Positions 39,228 through 50,682 of a DNA stretch of 64,000 nt are shown here, piece by piece. The notes under the pieces were generated by a model that worked only from the letters and a program-made list of their open reading frames with translations, had not been told where the DNA came from and did not search any database. Both the position numbers and the translations under genes were made by a program. Positions within the stretch are counted from its first letter, which is position 1, and each line of letters starts with the position of its first letter. Origin of the DNA: an uncultured Planctomycetia bacterium (GTDB taxonomy: Bacteria; Omnitrophota; Gorgyraeia; VGKH01; JBHPFN01); the NCBI GenBank assembly GCA_964406665.1, contig CAYOSQ010000001.1, positions 71,412 through 135,411 of the forward strand, given 5' to 3'.

Positions 39228-40024
39228 AACAACTAAAAAAAGCCCAATCACTAGTTAAAATCATCAGAAATCAAAGAATAGCTTCAGGTTATTTTAAAAT
39301 AACCCTATCTGCTCCAGCCATTGCCAAAGCCGCATTGCCCGGACAATTTATCAATATTAACGTCAGAGATGGATATGATCCCTTGTTAAGAAGACCACTT
39401 AGCATGCATAGGGTTTTGGATAAAAGAAACATAGAGTTATTGTTTGAAGTTGTGGGAAAAGGCACCAATGTTCTATCTCGCAAAAAGCCAGGGCAGTTAC
39501 TTGATGTTGTTGGGCCTTTAGGCAAAGGGTTTGATTTAAAAATACGCAGCACCTCAGACATTATTTTAGTTGCCGGAGGCATGGGTGTTGCCCCGCTTAT
39601 ATTCTTAGCTGATGAGCTTAAAAAGATAAAGAATCCAAAAGCAAAGATCATTGTTATGCTAGGGGCGCAGACAAAAAATAAGATTTTATGTGAAAAAGAA
39701 TTTAAGCAGATAGGTTGTGACGTTGAGATTTCTTCCGACGATGGCTCACGCGGATATAGGGGATTTATTGCAAGACTGCTTAATGAGAATCTGCATAAAA
39801 GAGATTGTATGCCAGCTGCTATTTTTGCCTGCGGTCCACATTTAATGCTTAAGGAAATATCCAGAATTTCTAAAAGATACAACATACCTACGCAAATATC
39901 TCTTGAAGAGCATATGGCTTGTGGTATAGGTGCGTGTTTTGGTTGTGCCGTGGCAACCATAGATGGATATAGAAGGGTTTGTAAAGATGGGCCTGTTTTT
40001 AACGTTGGAGATATAATTTTTTAG
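39224..40024 (+). CDS. pyrK: Dihydroorotate dehydrogenase electron transfer subunit
   Basis: LRRPLS, GGMGVAP, MACGIGACFGC, CKDGPVF; GTG start overlaps the mutM stop. Confidence 0.93.
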   Translation: MKQLKKAQSLVKIIRNQRIASGYFKITLSAPAIAKAALPGQFININVRDGYDPLLRRPLSMHRVLDKRNIELLFEVVGKGTNVLSRKKPGQLLDVVGPLGKGFDLKIRSTSDIILVAGGMGVAPLIFLADELKKIKNPKAKIIVMLGAQTKNKILCEKEFKQIGCDVEISSDDGSRGYRGFIARLLNENLHKRDCMPAAIFACGPHLMLKEISRISKRYNIPTQISLEEHMACGIGACFGCAVATIDGYRRVCKDGPVFNVGDIIF

Positions 40025-40035
40025 AGAGGTTTTAT

Positions 40036-41181
40036 ATGTCAAATAAACCGTTTGTATCCATAATTATTCCGATTAAGAATTTCGAGCGTACCATAGAGAA
40101 AACTTTTGAGTATTTGCTTAATATCGATTATCCCAAAGAATCTTGGGAAATCATTATTGCCGACGGTGGCTCTACTGATTCAACAATAAGAATTATCAAA
40201 GATTGGCAGAGTAGATATTCTTTTATCAAGCTGGTTGAGGTTCCTAACTGTCCTACCCCCGGCTATGCCCGTAATAAAGCTTTAGAGGCAGTTAAGGGAG
40301 AATTTATTTTCTTCACTGATGCTGATTGTGCTCCTTGCCCTGAATGGATAAATCTGATGTTGGGAATATTTCAGAAAGATGAAAAAATTGCAGCGGTAGG
40401 GGGAGAAGTTTATACGCTGCGCGTTGACCCAGATAACCTTGTAGAACTGTGGTGTGAACATTTTCGCTTTAACATGGTTGCTCCCAGGTATGGGTTTATT
40501 AAAGAAGGATATTTTCCTCTTTTGCCCGAAGACCCTTTGCCTTCAGATGTAGGAGGGCATCATGCATATTTCTTTGGAACTTGCAACGTTGCTTATAGAA
40601 AGAAAGCTTTAGATGAAGTGGGCGCGCGTTTCTGGGATAATCCTACCGGCGAAGATATGGATTTTAGTTTTCAGCATCAGAAAAAAGGATGGAAGTTTTA
40701 TTTTTTACCCAGCGCAAAGTTAGATCATATGCATCGCGCTGATTTGCGTTCCTTAAGAAAAGTTTGGGTAGCATACGGTGGGGCACACATGCCGCTGTTA
40801 AGTAAATACCTTAAGAAGAAACGCATGGAGATTATATTTCAGTTTTTAAAAGGTGCATCCATAAAATTCCACTTTCCTCTGGCTGGATTAATTTATCTGG
40901 GTAATTTTCATATGATGCATGTTTTTGGATTAAGTTTTATTGTGGGAATAGTTTTAAGCATTATTTTTTCTGGAATCGGCTTTAAGATATTTACTCTGCT
41001 TTCTTTAGGGCTGGCAATATATTTCGCACAGCAGTATGCAAAATGGATGTCTTATATGGAGCCAAAGAATAAATTCTTTACATGGTATAAAATGAAATAT
41101 CTTACAAACCTGAGTTTTTTTATCGGAGGTTTGAAAGAGTTCAAGAAGTATAAGATTCTTTGTATCGAGCCGAGTTTTTAG
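40036..41181 (+). CDS. GT2-family glycosyltransferase with C-terminal TM helices
   Basis: SIIIP, DGGSTD, TDADC, GEDMD. Confidence 0.85.
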   Translation: MSNKPFVSIIIPIKNFERTIEKTFEYLLNIDYPKESWEIIIADGGSTDSTIRIIKDWQSRYSFIKLVEVPNCPTPGYARNKALEAVKGEFIFFTDADCAPCPEWINLMLGIFQKDEKIAAVGGEVYTLRVDPDNLVELWCEHFRFNMVAPRYGFIKEGYFPLLPEDPLPSDVGGHHAYFFGTCNVAYRKKALDEVGARFWDNPTGEDMDFSFQHQKKGWKFYFLPSAKLDHMHRADLRSLRKVWVAYGGAHMPLLSKYLKKKRMEIIFQFLKGASIKFHFPLAGLIYLGNFHMMHVFGLSFIVGIVLSIIFSGIGFKIFTLLSLGLAIYFAQQYAKWMSYMEPKNKFFTWYKMKYLTNLSFFIGGLKEFKKYKILCIEPSF

Positions 41182-41196
41182 TTTCAGGAGGGCATT

Positions 41197-41556
41197 ATGA
41201 ATATAGCGCTGTGTGCTGTTTTAGGAGCTGTTGCAGGGGTGTTAAGTGGGTTATTCGGCATTGGCGGTGGAATAATTCTAGTGCCAGCACTTGTATATAT
41301 GTTTGGCCTTACGCAACATCAGGCTCAGGGGACAACTTTAGCCATATTGATTCCGCCCATTGGTCTATTAGCAGCGCTACGCTATTACTATAGTGGACAC
41401 GTTAAGCTTAATATGGCAGCGTTTATATGTCTGGGTTTTTTCTTTGGGGCACTTCTAGGCGCACACTATATTCAATCAGTTCCTGATCCGACATTGAAGA
41501 AGATGTTCGGGTTGTTGTTAGTAGCTGTGGGTGCAAGAATGATATTTTTTAAATAA
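41197..41556 (+). CDS. Half-size TSUP/TauE-family membrane protein
   Basis: GLFGIGGGIILVP, AQGTTL. Confidence 0.85.
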   Translation: MNIALCAVLGAVAGVLSGLFGIGGGIILVPALVYMFGLTQHQAQGTTLAILIPPIGLLAALRYYYSGHVKLNMAAFICLGFFFGALLGAHYIQSVPDPTLKKMFGLLLVAVGARMIFFK

Positions 41557-41558
41557 TT

Positions 41559-42479
41559 ATGAATATGCCTAACTTATCAGTTAAGATTGGAAAATTGAAA
41601 CTAAAAAATCCAGTAATGGTAGCTTCAGGCACATTCGGATATGCCGAGGAACTTGAGCGCTTTATGGATTTGAAAAAGCTGGGTGCGCTTGTTACTAAGA
41701 CAATTACTTTGAAAGAAAAACTAGGCAATCCACCGCCACGCACCGTGGAGACCGCAGCAGGTATGCTTAATGCTATTGGCCTGGAAAATCCGGGTTTACA
41801 GGTTTTTGTTAGAGATAAGCTTCCGTTCTTTAAGAATACAGGAGTGCCGATTATTGTAAGTATTGCCGCAGATTGTGACGCTGATTTTCGTAATTTAACG
41901 CGTTCTTTAAATAGAACAGAAGGCGTCGCTGCTCTGGAGCTAAATTTATCCTGCCCAAATTTAGGAACGAAAACCCTGGTTTCCCAAATTGATAAAGCAA
42001 CATACAGAGTTGTGAAGATGGTGCGTAAATCAACATCTCTGCCGCTTATTGTTAAGCTTACTCCGAACGTGACAGATATAGGATTAATAGCAAGGGCGGC
42101 GGTTTCTGCGGGAGCTGATGCCATAAGTTTAGTGAATACATTTTTGGGACTAGCAATCGATGTTGATACTAAAAGACCAAAGCTTGCAAATATTACTGGA
42201 GGTTTAAGCGGTCCGGCTATAAAACCTATTGCTCTTAGGATGGTAAGGGAAGTTTCTCACGCTGTAGATGTTCCTATAATTGGCATGGGTGGCATTATGA
42301 ATACCACAGATGCGTTAGAGTTTATTATTGCAGGTTCAACAGCTGTAGCTGTGGGTACGGCCAGCTTTATTTCTCCGGGAGTATCTGGCGAGATTGTTGA
42401 TGGATTAAGTAAGTATCTTTTAAAAAATAAAATTAATAATATCAATCAATTAATAGGTTCATTAATTACGCGCAGATGA
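41559..42479 (+). CDS. pyrD: Dihydroorotate dehydrogenase (class 1B)
   Basis: ASGTFG, NLSCPN, KLTPNV, GGLSG. Confidence 0.96.
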   Translation: MNMPNLSVKIGKLKLKNPVMVASGTFGYAEELERFMDLKKLGALVTKTITLKEKLGNPPPRTVETAAGMLNAIGLENPGLQVFVRDKLPFFKNTGVPIIVSIAADCDADFRNLTRSLNRTEGVAALELNLSCPNLGTKTLVSQIDKATYRVVKMVRKSTSLPLIVKLTPNVTDIGLIARAAVSAGADAISLVNTFLGLAIDVDTKRPKLANITGGLSGPAIKPIALRMVREVSHAVDVPIIGMGGIMNTTDALEFIIAGSTAVAVGTASFISPGVSGEIVDGLSKYLLKNKINNINQLIGSLITRR

Positions 42480-43126
42480 GAGATAAATTAATAGTTGCTT
42501 TAGATGTTGATAGTTTTGCAAAAGCACGCAGCCTTGTTAATAAATTATATCCTAGGGTTAAGATATTTAAAGTAGGCAGCCAGTTGTTTACTGCTTGTGG
42601 CCCAAAAATAATAGATATTATTAGAAAAAAAAGAGCCAAAGTATTTTTGGATCTCAAATTTCACGATATTCCTAATACTGTCAAAAATGCAGTAATTGCG
42701 GCAAAGAAGCTTAATGTTTTCATGCTTACAGTTCATGCCTCAGGGGGAGAAGAGATGCTTTCTGCTGCAACTTCTGTTGTTAAGAGACCGCATATAGTTG
42801 GGGTAACTGTTTTAACAAGCCAAAAGAGTACAGTAACAGAAAGCAAAGTACTCAATCTGGCTAAGCTGGCAAAAAAATCTGGTGTTGATGGAATAGTTTG
42901 TTCTTATAAAGAAATTGCAGCTGTCCGGAAGAAGATTGGGAAAAGATTTATTATCGTGGTTCCAGGTATTCGCCCCAAAGGTTCCAGCAGAGGTGATCAG
43001 AAAAGAGTAGCAACCCCAAAAAAGGCAATAGAAGCCGGAGCAGATTTTATTGTTGTAGGTAGGCCTATAGTGAAAGCCAGGAATTCTTTAAAGGCTGCCG
43101 AAGAGATTCTACAGGAAATTAAATAG
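42476..43126 (+). CDS. pyrF: OMP decarboxylase
   Basis: DLKFHDIPNTV, PGIRP, VVGRPI. Confidence 0.96.
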   Translation: MRDKLIVALDVDSFAKARSLVNKLYPRVKIFKVGSQLFTACGPKIIDIIRKKRAKVFLDLKFHDIPNTVKNAVIAAKKLNVFMLTVHASGGEEMLSAATSVVKRPHIVGVTVLTSQKSTVTESKVLNLAKLAKKSGVDGIVCSYKEIAAVRKKIGKRFIIVVPGIRPKGSSRGDQKRVATPKKAIEAGADFIVVGRPIVKARNSLKAAEEILQEIK

Positions 43127-43132
43127 TTTATT

Positions 43133-43372
43133 ATGAGCGAACTCAGCGTATCGGTTATAATGCCGGACAAAAAAATATTTGAAGGTAAGGTGCAAGAAAT
43201 TGTTGTTCCCGGACAAGAGGGAGGGATGGAAATTTTCCCTAATCACGCTCCTTTATTAGCGGCTCTTAAGAAAGGCAAAATAGTAGTTAAGGGTGAATCT
43301 GAAGAAGAGTTTGAAATCGAATCAGGTTTTATTGAAGTGCATAATAACGTAGCAACAATACTTGCGCGCTAG
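43133..43372 (+). CDS. atpC: ATP synthase epsilon (N-terminal beta domain only)
   Basis: V.PG.EG...I.PNHAPL, GFIEV; 79 aa, no C-terminal helices. Confidence 0.88.
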   Translation: MSELSVSVIMPDKKIFEGKVQEIVVPGQEGGMEIFPNHAPLLAALKKGKIVVKGESEEEFEIESGFIEVHNNVATILAR

Positions 43373-43380
43373 ATTTTATT

Positions 43381-43590
43381 TTGAATAAAAACAATTGGGT
43401 ACATTATTTTGGCTTAGTGATGCAGCTCGGATTGGTTATCTCCGCCTGTATTTTAGTAGGTTTGTTAATCGGTGTTTTTTTAGATAAGATATTTAAGACG
43501 AATGGAATTTTTTTAGTTGTATTTCTTATTTTTGGAATTGTTGCTGGATTTAAAAGCGCATATCAAGATATTATGAGATCAAGTAAATGA
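43381..43590 (+). CDS. AtpZ/AtpI-family two-TM protein
   Basis: G..IG..LD..F.T pattern. Confidence 0.75.
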   Translation: MNKNNWVHYFGLVMQLGLVISACILVGLLIGVFLDKIFKTNGIFLVVFLIFGIVAGFKSAYQDIMRSSK

Positions 43591-43967
43591 ATGTCCCAAT
43601 AGAATATATAGTATACAAAATAAATATTTTAAAGAAGTCTTTGGTGCTTTTGGGCTTACTGGTAATATCCGGAACTTTTTTAAATAAAGGCTTTACGCTT
43701 GGGGTATTTATGGGTGGATGTATTTCTCTGGCACAGTTTTCCCTGCTTTCTAAGCACATACTGCAGATGAAAGAGTTGGCGGTTAAAAGCGCACAGAGAT
43801 ATATTATAATTAGATTTCTTCTTATGTATGCAATAATGGGCTTTGCACTTTTTATCGGCATTCAAAAGAACCTCGCAACATTCTTTGGAGTTGCCGCGGG
43901 GTTATTAATTGTTCAGGCAACTATTTATCTGGATAATTTTGTAGCAACTTTTAAAAAAAATAAATAA
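43587..43967 (+). CDS. ATP synthase protein I-like four-TM protein
   Basis: Four hydrophobic helices, conserved-type R; position before the F0 genes. Confidence 0.65.
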   Translation: MNVPIEYIVYKINILKKSLVLLGLLVISGTFLNKGFTLGVFMGGCISLAQFSLLSKHILQMKELAVKSAQRYIIIRFLLMYAIMGFALFIGIQKNLATFFGVAAGLLIVQATIYLDNFVATFKKNK

Positions 43968-43969
43968 TT

Positions 43970-44209
43970 ATGTCGTCAGAAATAATCAAAATTGTATCTT
44001 TGGCAGCAAGCGGAATATGCATGGGCTTAGGCGCCGTAGGGCCGAGTATGGGCATAGGGATTATTGGCTCTAAAGGCCTTCAAGGGATTAGTGAAAATCC
44101 TAAGCAAGAAGGAGTGCTTTTGAAAACCATGCTTATTGCTATGTCTATTGCCAGCACCACGGCTATTTATGCATTAATTATCTGTATGCTGCTAATTTTT
44201 GTAATTTAG
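43970..44209 (+). CDS. atpE: ATP synthase c-subunit paralogue lacking the ion-binding carboxylate
   Basis: GxGxxGxxxGxG helix; MLIAMSIASTTAIYAL has Ser where the paralogue has Glu. Confidence 0.8.
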   Translation: MSSEIIKIVSLAASGICMGLGAVGPSMGIGIIGSKGLQGISENPKQEGVLLKTMLIAMSIASTTAIYALIICMLLIFVI

Positions 44210-44221
44210 AAAGTTTATTCT

Positions 44222-44953
44222 ATGCAAGATATCGGCGCTATAAGCACGCATGCTTTTACAATACCGCAGTTAGGTATTCAGCTTACTGTAAACCCAGTGA
44301 CTTTGATAACCAGCTGGGCTATTATGGGTTTTCTTGGCGTCGTATTATGCCCGGTTGCTTTTCGTCTGCGCAGGTTTCCTGGTAAGCTTCAAGCGGGGTG
44401 TGAATTATTCTACACAGCTTTTTCTGATATGGCTTACGAGGCTATGGGTAAGGATGCAAAAAAGTTTATTCCTTTAGTTGTAACTATATTTTTATTTGTA
44501 CTTGTTGCTAATTGGGCAAGTGTTATTCCGGGAGTTCACAGTCCTACAAAGGACCTAAACACTTGTTTAGGTTTAGGAATTTTAGTATTTATAGTTGCCC
44601 ATGTTTCCGCTATAATGAAAAAAGGATTAAAAGCATATATTACAGATTATTTTAAGCCCTATCCATTTTTTCTACCGATTAATTTAATTGGAGAAGTAGG
44701 AAAGGTTTTGTCGCACTCGTTTCGTTTATTCGGTAATCTTTTCGGCGGGGCGATAATCTTATCTTTAATTGGTCCGGTAACCCTAGAGATTTTCAAGGCG
44801 CTTAATTTTCCTGTGTTTACAAGCGCTCCGTTTTTGCTGATTTTATATTTTATTCAAACAGCATTTTTTGGAATTTTTGTAGGTTTGGTTCAGGCATTAG
44901 TGTTCAGCTTGCTGGCGTTGACATATATAGCGATTTTAAGAGAAGAACAATAG
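44222..44953 (+). CDS. atpB: ATP synthase F0 subunit a
   Basis: PTKDLN, SFRLFGN, VQALVF..L. Confidence 0.95.
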   Translation: MQDIGAISTHAFTIPQLGIQLTVNPVTLITSWAIMGFLGVVLCPVAFRLRRFPGKLQAGCELFYTAFSDMAYEAMGKDAKKFIPLVVTIFLFVLVANWASVIPGVHSPTKDLNTCLGLGILVFIVAHVSAIMKKGLKAYITDYFKPYPFFLPINLIGEVGKVLSHSFRLFGNLFGGAIILSLIGPVTLEIFKALNFPVFTSAPFLLILYFIQTAFFGIFVGLVQALVFSLLALTYIAILREEQ

Positions 44954-44956
44954 TAG

Positions 44957-45292
<336 letters not shown>

Positions 45293-45317
45293 AGTTTTAT
45301 ACAATTGAGAGGGCAAG

Positions 45318-45800
45318 ATGAATCTTAATTTTACATTAATAATTCAGATAATAAGCTTCGCTATATTTTTAGGACTTTTGACTAAATTTTTTTATAGGCC
45401 TTTGATGAATTATTTAGAAGATAGATCTGCCCAGATTAAGAAAATGGTAGAAGAAACCGAAGGAAACAGAAATATTGTTAACGAGGAAATCAAAAAGGTC
45501 CAGGAGGAGCTTAAAAAAACAAAAGAACAGGTCATCAAAATGAAAAAATCTGCTTCGCATGAAGCAGATAAGCATAGAAGAGCAGCTCTTGAGCAGGCTA
45601 AAAAAGAAGCTGCCGAGTTGCTTGATAGAGCAAAAAGCGAGATTAAAAAAGAATTAGCAGATGCTAAAGAGAAGCTCAAGGTAGAGGTCGCATCTCTTTC
45701 TATAGATGTTGCTATGAAGATTCTAGATAGAGAAGTAAAAGAAAAAGACCATAAAAAACTTATTAGTGAAGCGATAGAAGAATTAGGTAATGCAGGATAA
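45318..45800 (+). CDS. atpF: ATP synthase F0 subunit b
   Basis: N-terminal TM helix, P....L..R, long coiled coil. Confidence 0.93.
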   Translation: MNLNFTLIIQIISFAIFLGLLTKFFYRPLMNYLEDRSAQIKKMVEETEGNRNIVNEEIKKVQEELKKTKEQVIKMKKSASHEADKHRRAALEQAKKEAAELLDRAKSEIKKELADAKEKLKVEVASLSIDVAMKILDREVKEKDHKKLISEAIEELGNAG

Positions 45801-46332
45801 CGTAGAAATATTACATGATAGATACGCCCGAGCTCTTTATGAGCATGCTAAAGATACCGGTGAGGTTGATAAGGTAATGCGTCAATTACAGGCGTTAAAT
45901 GATTTATGGTTATCAAATAGTAATTTCAGAGTCTGCTTAAGGCATCCCTTGATTGCCCGCTGGGAGAAAAAACAAGTTATGAAGCAGTTGGCAAAAATTA
46001 AAGATTGCTGTGAGACGCTGCTTAATTTTGTTAATATTCTGATCGAGAATAAAAGAGGCGGTTTAATTCACGGAGTATTTCTTAAATTCAAAGATCTTTA
46101 TGAACTTTATGAAAATAGAGCCAGTGTCGTTTTAGAAAGCGCGAGAGAGTTGTCCAACGAAGAAAAACAAAGAATGAAACAAGCCTTAAGTGAGGCGTTG
46201 AAAAAGAACGTTTCCCTAAAAACCCGCGTTAATAAAGATTTAATTTCAGGAGTAAGGATCCGTCATGGGGATACTGTATTTTCTAACAGTTTGATTTCAA
46301 AATTAAATAGATTAAGAGAGGGAATAGTATGA
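45790..46332 (+). CDS. atpH: ATP synthase delta
   Basis: RYARAL, LI.GV.I..GD; synteny. Confidence 0.9.
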   Translation: MQDNVEILHDRYARALYEHAKDTGEVDKVMRQLQALNDLWLSNSNFRVCLRHPLIARWEKKQVMKQLAKIKDCCETLLNFVNILIENKRGGLIHGVFLKFKDLYELYENRASVVLESARELSNEEKQRMKQALSEALKKNVSLKTRVNKDLISGVRIRHGDTVFSNSLISKLNRLREGIV

Positions 46333-47840
46333 AAATTAAGCCCAGCGAAATAACGTCCATTATTAAACAACAGATAGAAAATTATGAAAATAGGATAGAA
46401 ACAGCTGAAACTGGAACTGTGCTTAAAGTTGGAGACGGAATAGCAGAAATTTATGGCCTGGATCAGGCTATGTCTGGTGAGCTGTTGGCATTTCCTCAGA
46501 ATATATATGGCATGGTTTTAAATTTAGAAGAAGCTACAGTGGGAGCATGTATTTTTGGTGATGATTCACTTTTAAAGGAAGGCGATGAAGTTAGACTCAC
46601 CGGTAAAATCGTTGAGATAGGCGTAGGAGAAGAATTAATTGGTAGAGTGGTTAATGCCTTAGGCCAGCCCGTAGATGGTAAGGGAGACATTAAAGCTAGA
46701 CAAACTAGCCCTGTTGAGAAGATAGCTCCTAATGTTGTAAGTAGGCAGCCGGTTAAAGAACCTCTGTATACAGGAATAAGGGCAATTGATGCTATGATTC
46801 CTATAGGTAGGGGTCAGAGAGAATTAATCATCGGTGATAGGCAAACAGGTAAAACCGCTATCGCAATTGATACAATCTTAAATGCTAAAGGAAAAGACCT
46901 TATATGTATTTATGTGGCAATTGGACAGAAGAATTCAACAGTTGCCTCAATACAGGATACATTAACGAAACATGGTGCGATGGATTATACAGTTATTGTC
47001 AACGCAGCTGCTGGAGAAGTTGCCCCCATGAGATATTTAGCTCCATATGCCGGATGTACAATAGGAGAGTTTTTCCGTGATAACGGTAAGCACGCGCTGA
47101 TTGTTTATGATGACCTTACTAAACACGCCCAATCCTACAGAGAACTTTCTTTGTTGCTGAGAAGGCCTCCGGGACGCGAAGCGTATCCGGGAGATATTTT
47201 TTATTGTCATTCAAAACTACTAGAGAGAGCTTGTAAATTCAGCGAAGAAAACGGCGGAGGGTCGCTAACGGCGCTGCCGATCATAGAGACACAGGCAGGT
47301 GACGTAACAACGTATATACCAACCAATGTTATTTCTATTACAGACGGACAAATTTATCTGGAAACTAGTCTATTTTATCAAGGTGTGCGCCCGGCAATTA
47401 ATGTAGGCTTAAGCGTTTCTAGAGTTGGTGGTAATGCTCAAGAGAAATCTATGAAACAGGTAGCTGGAAGGCTTAGGTTGGATTTGGCACAGTTTCGAGA
47501 GATGGAATCATTTGCTCAATTTGGAACCGAGCTCGACAATGCTACTATTCAACAGCTGGAAAGAGGCAAGCGGCTAGTAGAGATCTTAAAACAGCCACAG
47601 TATAAACCTATGCCTCAAGAAGAGCAGGTAATAATTATTTTTGCCGGTGTGCGCGGTTTAATTGACGAGATCGACATTAATGATATGGAGCGCTTTCAGA
47701 AAGAGCTATTTGTGTTTTTAAAAGAAAAGCACGGTACCTTGCTTGAACAGCTAAGTCATGAGAAGGTTGTGTCCGATTCCCTGGAGCAGGAATTGACTTT
47801 AGTAATTGAGGAATTCAAAAAACAGTTTGTGAGATTATAA
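46329..47840 (+). CDS. atpA: ATP synthase alpha
   Basis: [29 protein letters not shown]. Confidence 0.98.
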   Translation: MKIKPSEITSIIKQQIENYENRIETAETGTVLKVGDGIAEIYGLDQAMSGELLAFPQNIYGMVLNLEEATVGACIFGDDSLLKEGDEVRLTGKIVEIGVGEELIGRVVNALGQPVDGKGDIKARQTSPVEKIAPNVVSRQPVKEPLYTGIRAIDAMIPIGRGQRELIIGDRQTGKTAIAIDTILNAKGKDLICIYVAIGQKNSTVASIQDTLTKHGAMDYTVIVNAAAGEVAPMRYLAPYAGCTIGEFFRDNGKHALIVYDDLTKHAQSYRELSLLLRRPPGREAYPGDIFYCHSKLLERACKFSEENGGGSLTALPIIETQAGDVTTYIPTNVISITDGQIYLETSLFYQGVRPAINVGLSVSRVGGNAQEKSMKQVAGRLRLDLAQFREMESFAQFGTELDNATIQQLERGKRLVEILKQPQYKPMPQEEQVIIIFAGVRGLIDEIDINDMERFQKELFVFLKEKHGTLLEQLSHEKVVSDSLEQELTLVIEEFKKQFVRL

Positions 47841-47842
47841 TT

Positions 47843-48700
47843 ATGGCAACCTTGCGCAGCATAAAAAATAGAATTGGTAGCGTTGAAAAAATTAGGAAAA
47901 TTGCTAAAGCTATGGAGATAGTAGCGCTTACTCGTCTGCGCAAGATTGAACAAAAGACTCAGGAGGCCAGGGATTATTTCGACAGGCTGCGTGATTTAAT
48001 GTTCGGCGTTGCTGATAATTTACTTTATGAGGCACATCCTTTCTTAAGAGAGCGAAGCTCAATAAAAAAATCAGCTGTAATTTTAGTTGCTTCAGATAAA
48101 GGTTTATGCGGAAATTTTAACGCCACTATTCTTAGTTCTTTTGATAGGTTTGTATCAGAAAACCCTGGTTTAAATATTGCCGGAATAGCCGTGGGAAAAA
48201 AATCAGAAACCATTTTTAAAAAACGCAAAATTGAAATAACAGTTGCCAGCGCCCCAGCTTCTCTAAAGGCGCATGATTATCTTGATACAGCTTCACAGCT
48301 TGCAGAAAAGATAGCTAAATTGTATTTAGACAGAGAAGTTGATCAACTGGTAATAATTTACAATAAATTTAAAATGCAATTTTTAGGCTCAGCTGAAATC
48401 CTTAAATTACTGCCTTTGAAGCTAGAGGGGTTTAAGATTAAAAGAATAAGAGATTATATTTATGAGCCCGATGCTTATGCAGTATTAGATCAGTTGTTAA
48501 AAGAATATCTTACTAATCAAATCGGGCAGGTGATTTTAGAATCTAACGCTGCTGAAGAAATGGCGCGTATGCTGGCGATGAAACAGGCGCGAGATAATGC
48601 CAACGAGGTAATAGATAAATTAAATTTAAGTTATCATAAAGCACGTCAGTCCAGCATTACAAGAGAGCTGGTAGAGATTACCACAACATTAAACGCATAG
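47843..48700 (+). CDS. atpG: ATP synthase gamma
   Basis: SDKGLCGNFN, ARM.AM, ARQ..IT.EL. Confidence 0.96.
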   Translation: MATLRSIKNRIGSVEKIRKIAKAMEIVALTRLRKIEQKTQEARDYFDRLRDLMFGVADNLLYEAHPFLRERSSIKKSAVILVASDKGLCGNFNATILSSFDRFVSENPGLNIAGIAVGKKSETIFKKRKIEITVASAPASLKAHDYLDTASQLAEKIAKLYLDREVDQLVIIYNKFKMQFLGSAEILKLLPLKLEGFKIKRIRDYIYEPDAYAVLDQLLKEYLTNQIGQVILESNAAEEMARMLAMKQARDNANEVIDKLNLSYHKARQSSITRELVEITTTLNA

Positions 48701-48712
48701 ATCATTTATTAA

Positions 48713-50140
<1,428 letters not shown>

Positions 50141-50197
50141 AGAAATCTTTTTGTTGACAAAAAAAGCCTCTGTTATTATTATAGTATGAATATTAAA

Positions 50198-50238
50198 GGG
50201 CGATTAGCTCAGTTGGTTAGAGCATCTGACTTACATTC
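50198..50238 (+). pseudogene. 5' half of tRNA-Val(TAC) with its promoter (att-like duplicate)
   Basis: 41 nt identical to 54938-54978, ending 2 nt after the anticodon loop; TTGACA-N17-TATTAT upstream. Confidence 0.85.
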
Positions 50239-50507
50239 CAATCTGAGTTTTTTTCATAAGCTGTTGTAATTGCTGTAAATACGGTCTTCGTAAATCACTT
50301 ACGGAGATTTTTTGTTTTAATAGAGTTTAATAGTTTTTAATGGTTTTTAATGCTGTATGGACACCTATATGGACACCAAGTAGGCAGGGGGTGGGCTTAA
50401 GGGGATATCCACATAGTTAGACCGAAGGTCGTCAAGAAACCGCTTTCTTGAAACACTACATTTACTCTTTTCTTTGTAGAATTAGATGTTATTCTTTTAG
50501 TAATAGA

Positions 50508-50663
50508 CAGATAAAGGTAAACCATCAGAGATGGTGGGACGCAAAGCCACGGGTCTAGGAAGGGTCAGCCTAGATTAATATAAAGTCTTTTTGAAGAATA
50601 TCTTAGGCAATTATCCTTTATTTAGATAGCCGGGTTACCAAAAGGTGGTTCGGCTTTCTATTT
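50508..50663 (+). ncRNA. c-di-GMP-I riboswitch with extended P3 and overlapping terminator (predicted ON switch)
   Basis: AAAGGUAAACCAUCA-GAGA-UGGUGGGACGCAAAGCC...GCCGGGUUACC; hairpin AGCCGGGTTACC-AAAA-GGTGGTTCGGCT + T-rich tail. Confidence 0.85.
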
Positions 50664-50682
50664 AAACATAAGGAGAGTTAAA

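Noticed and set aside
39289-39960. Long antisense ORFs (223 aa here; also 41549-42124 and 48877-49458)
   Set aside because: They lie opposite well-conserved pyrK, pyrD and atpD and are codon-mirror artefacts
50312-50380. CRISPR array or iterons
   Set aside because: Units are only about 10 bp with no spacers; no cas or rep gene nearby
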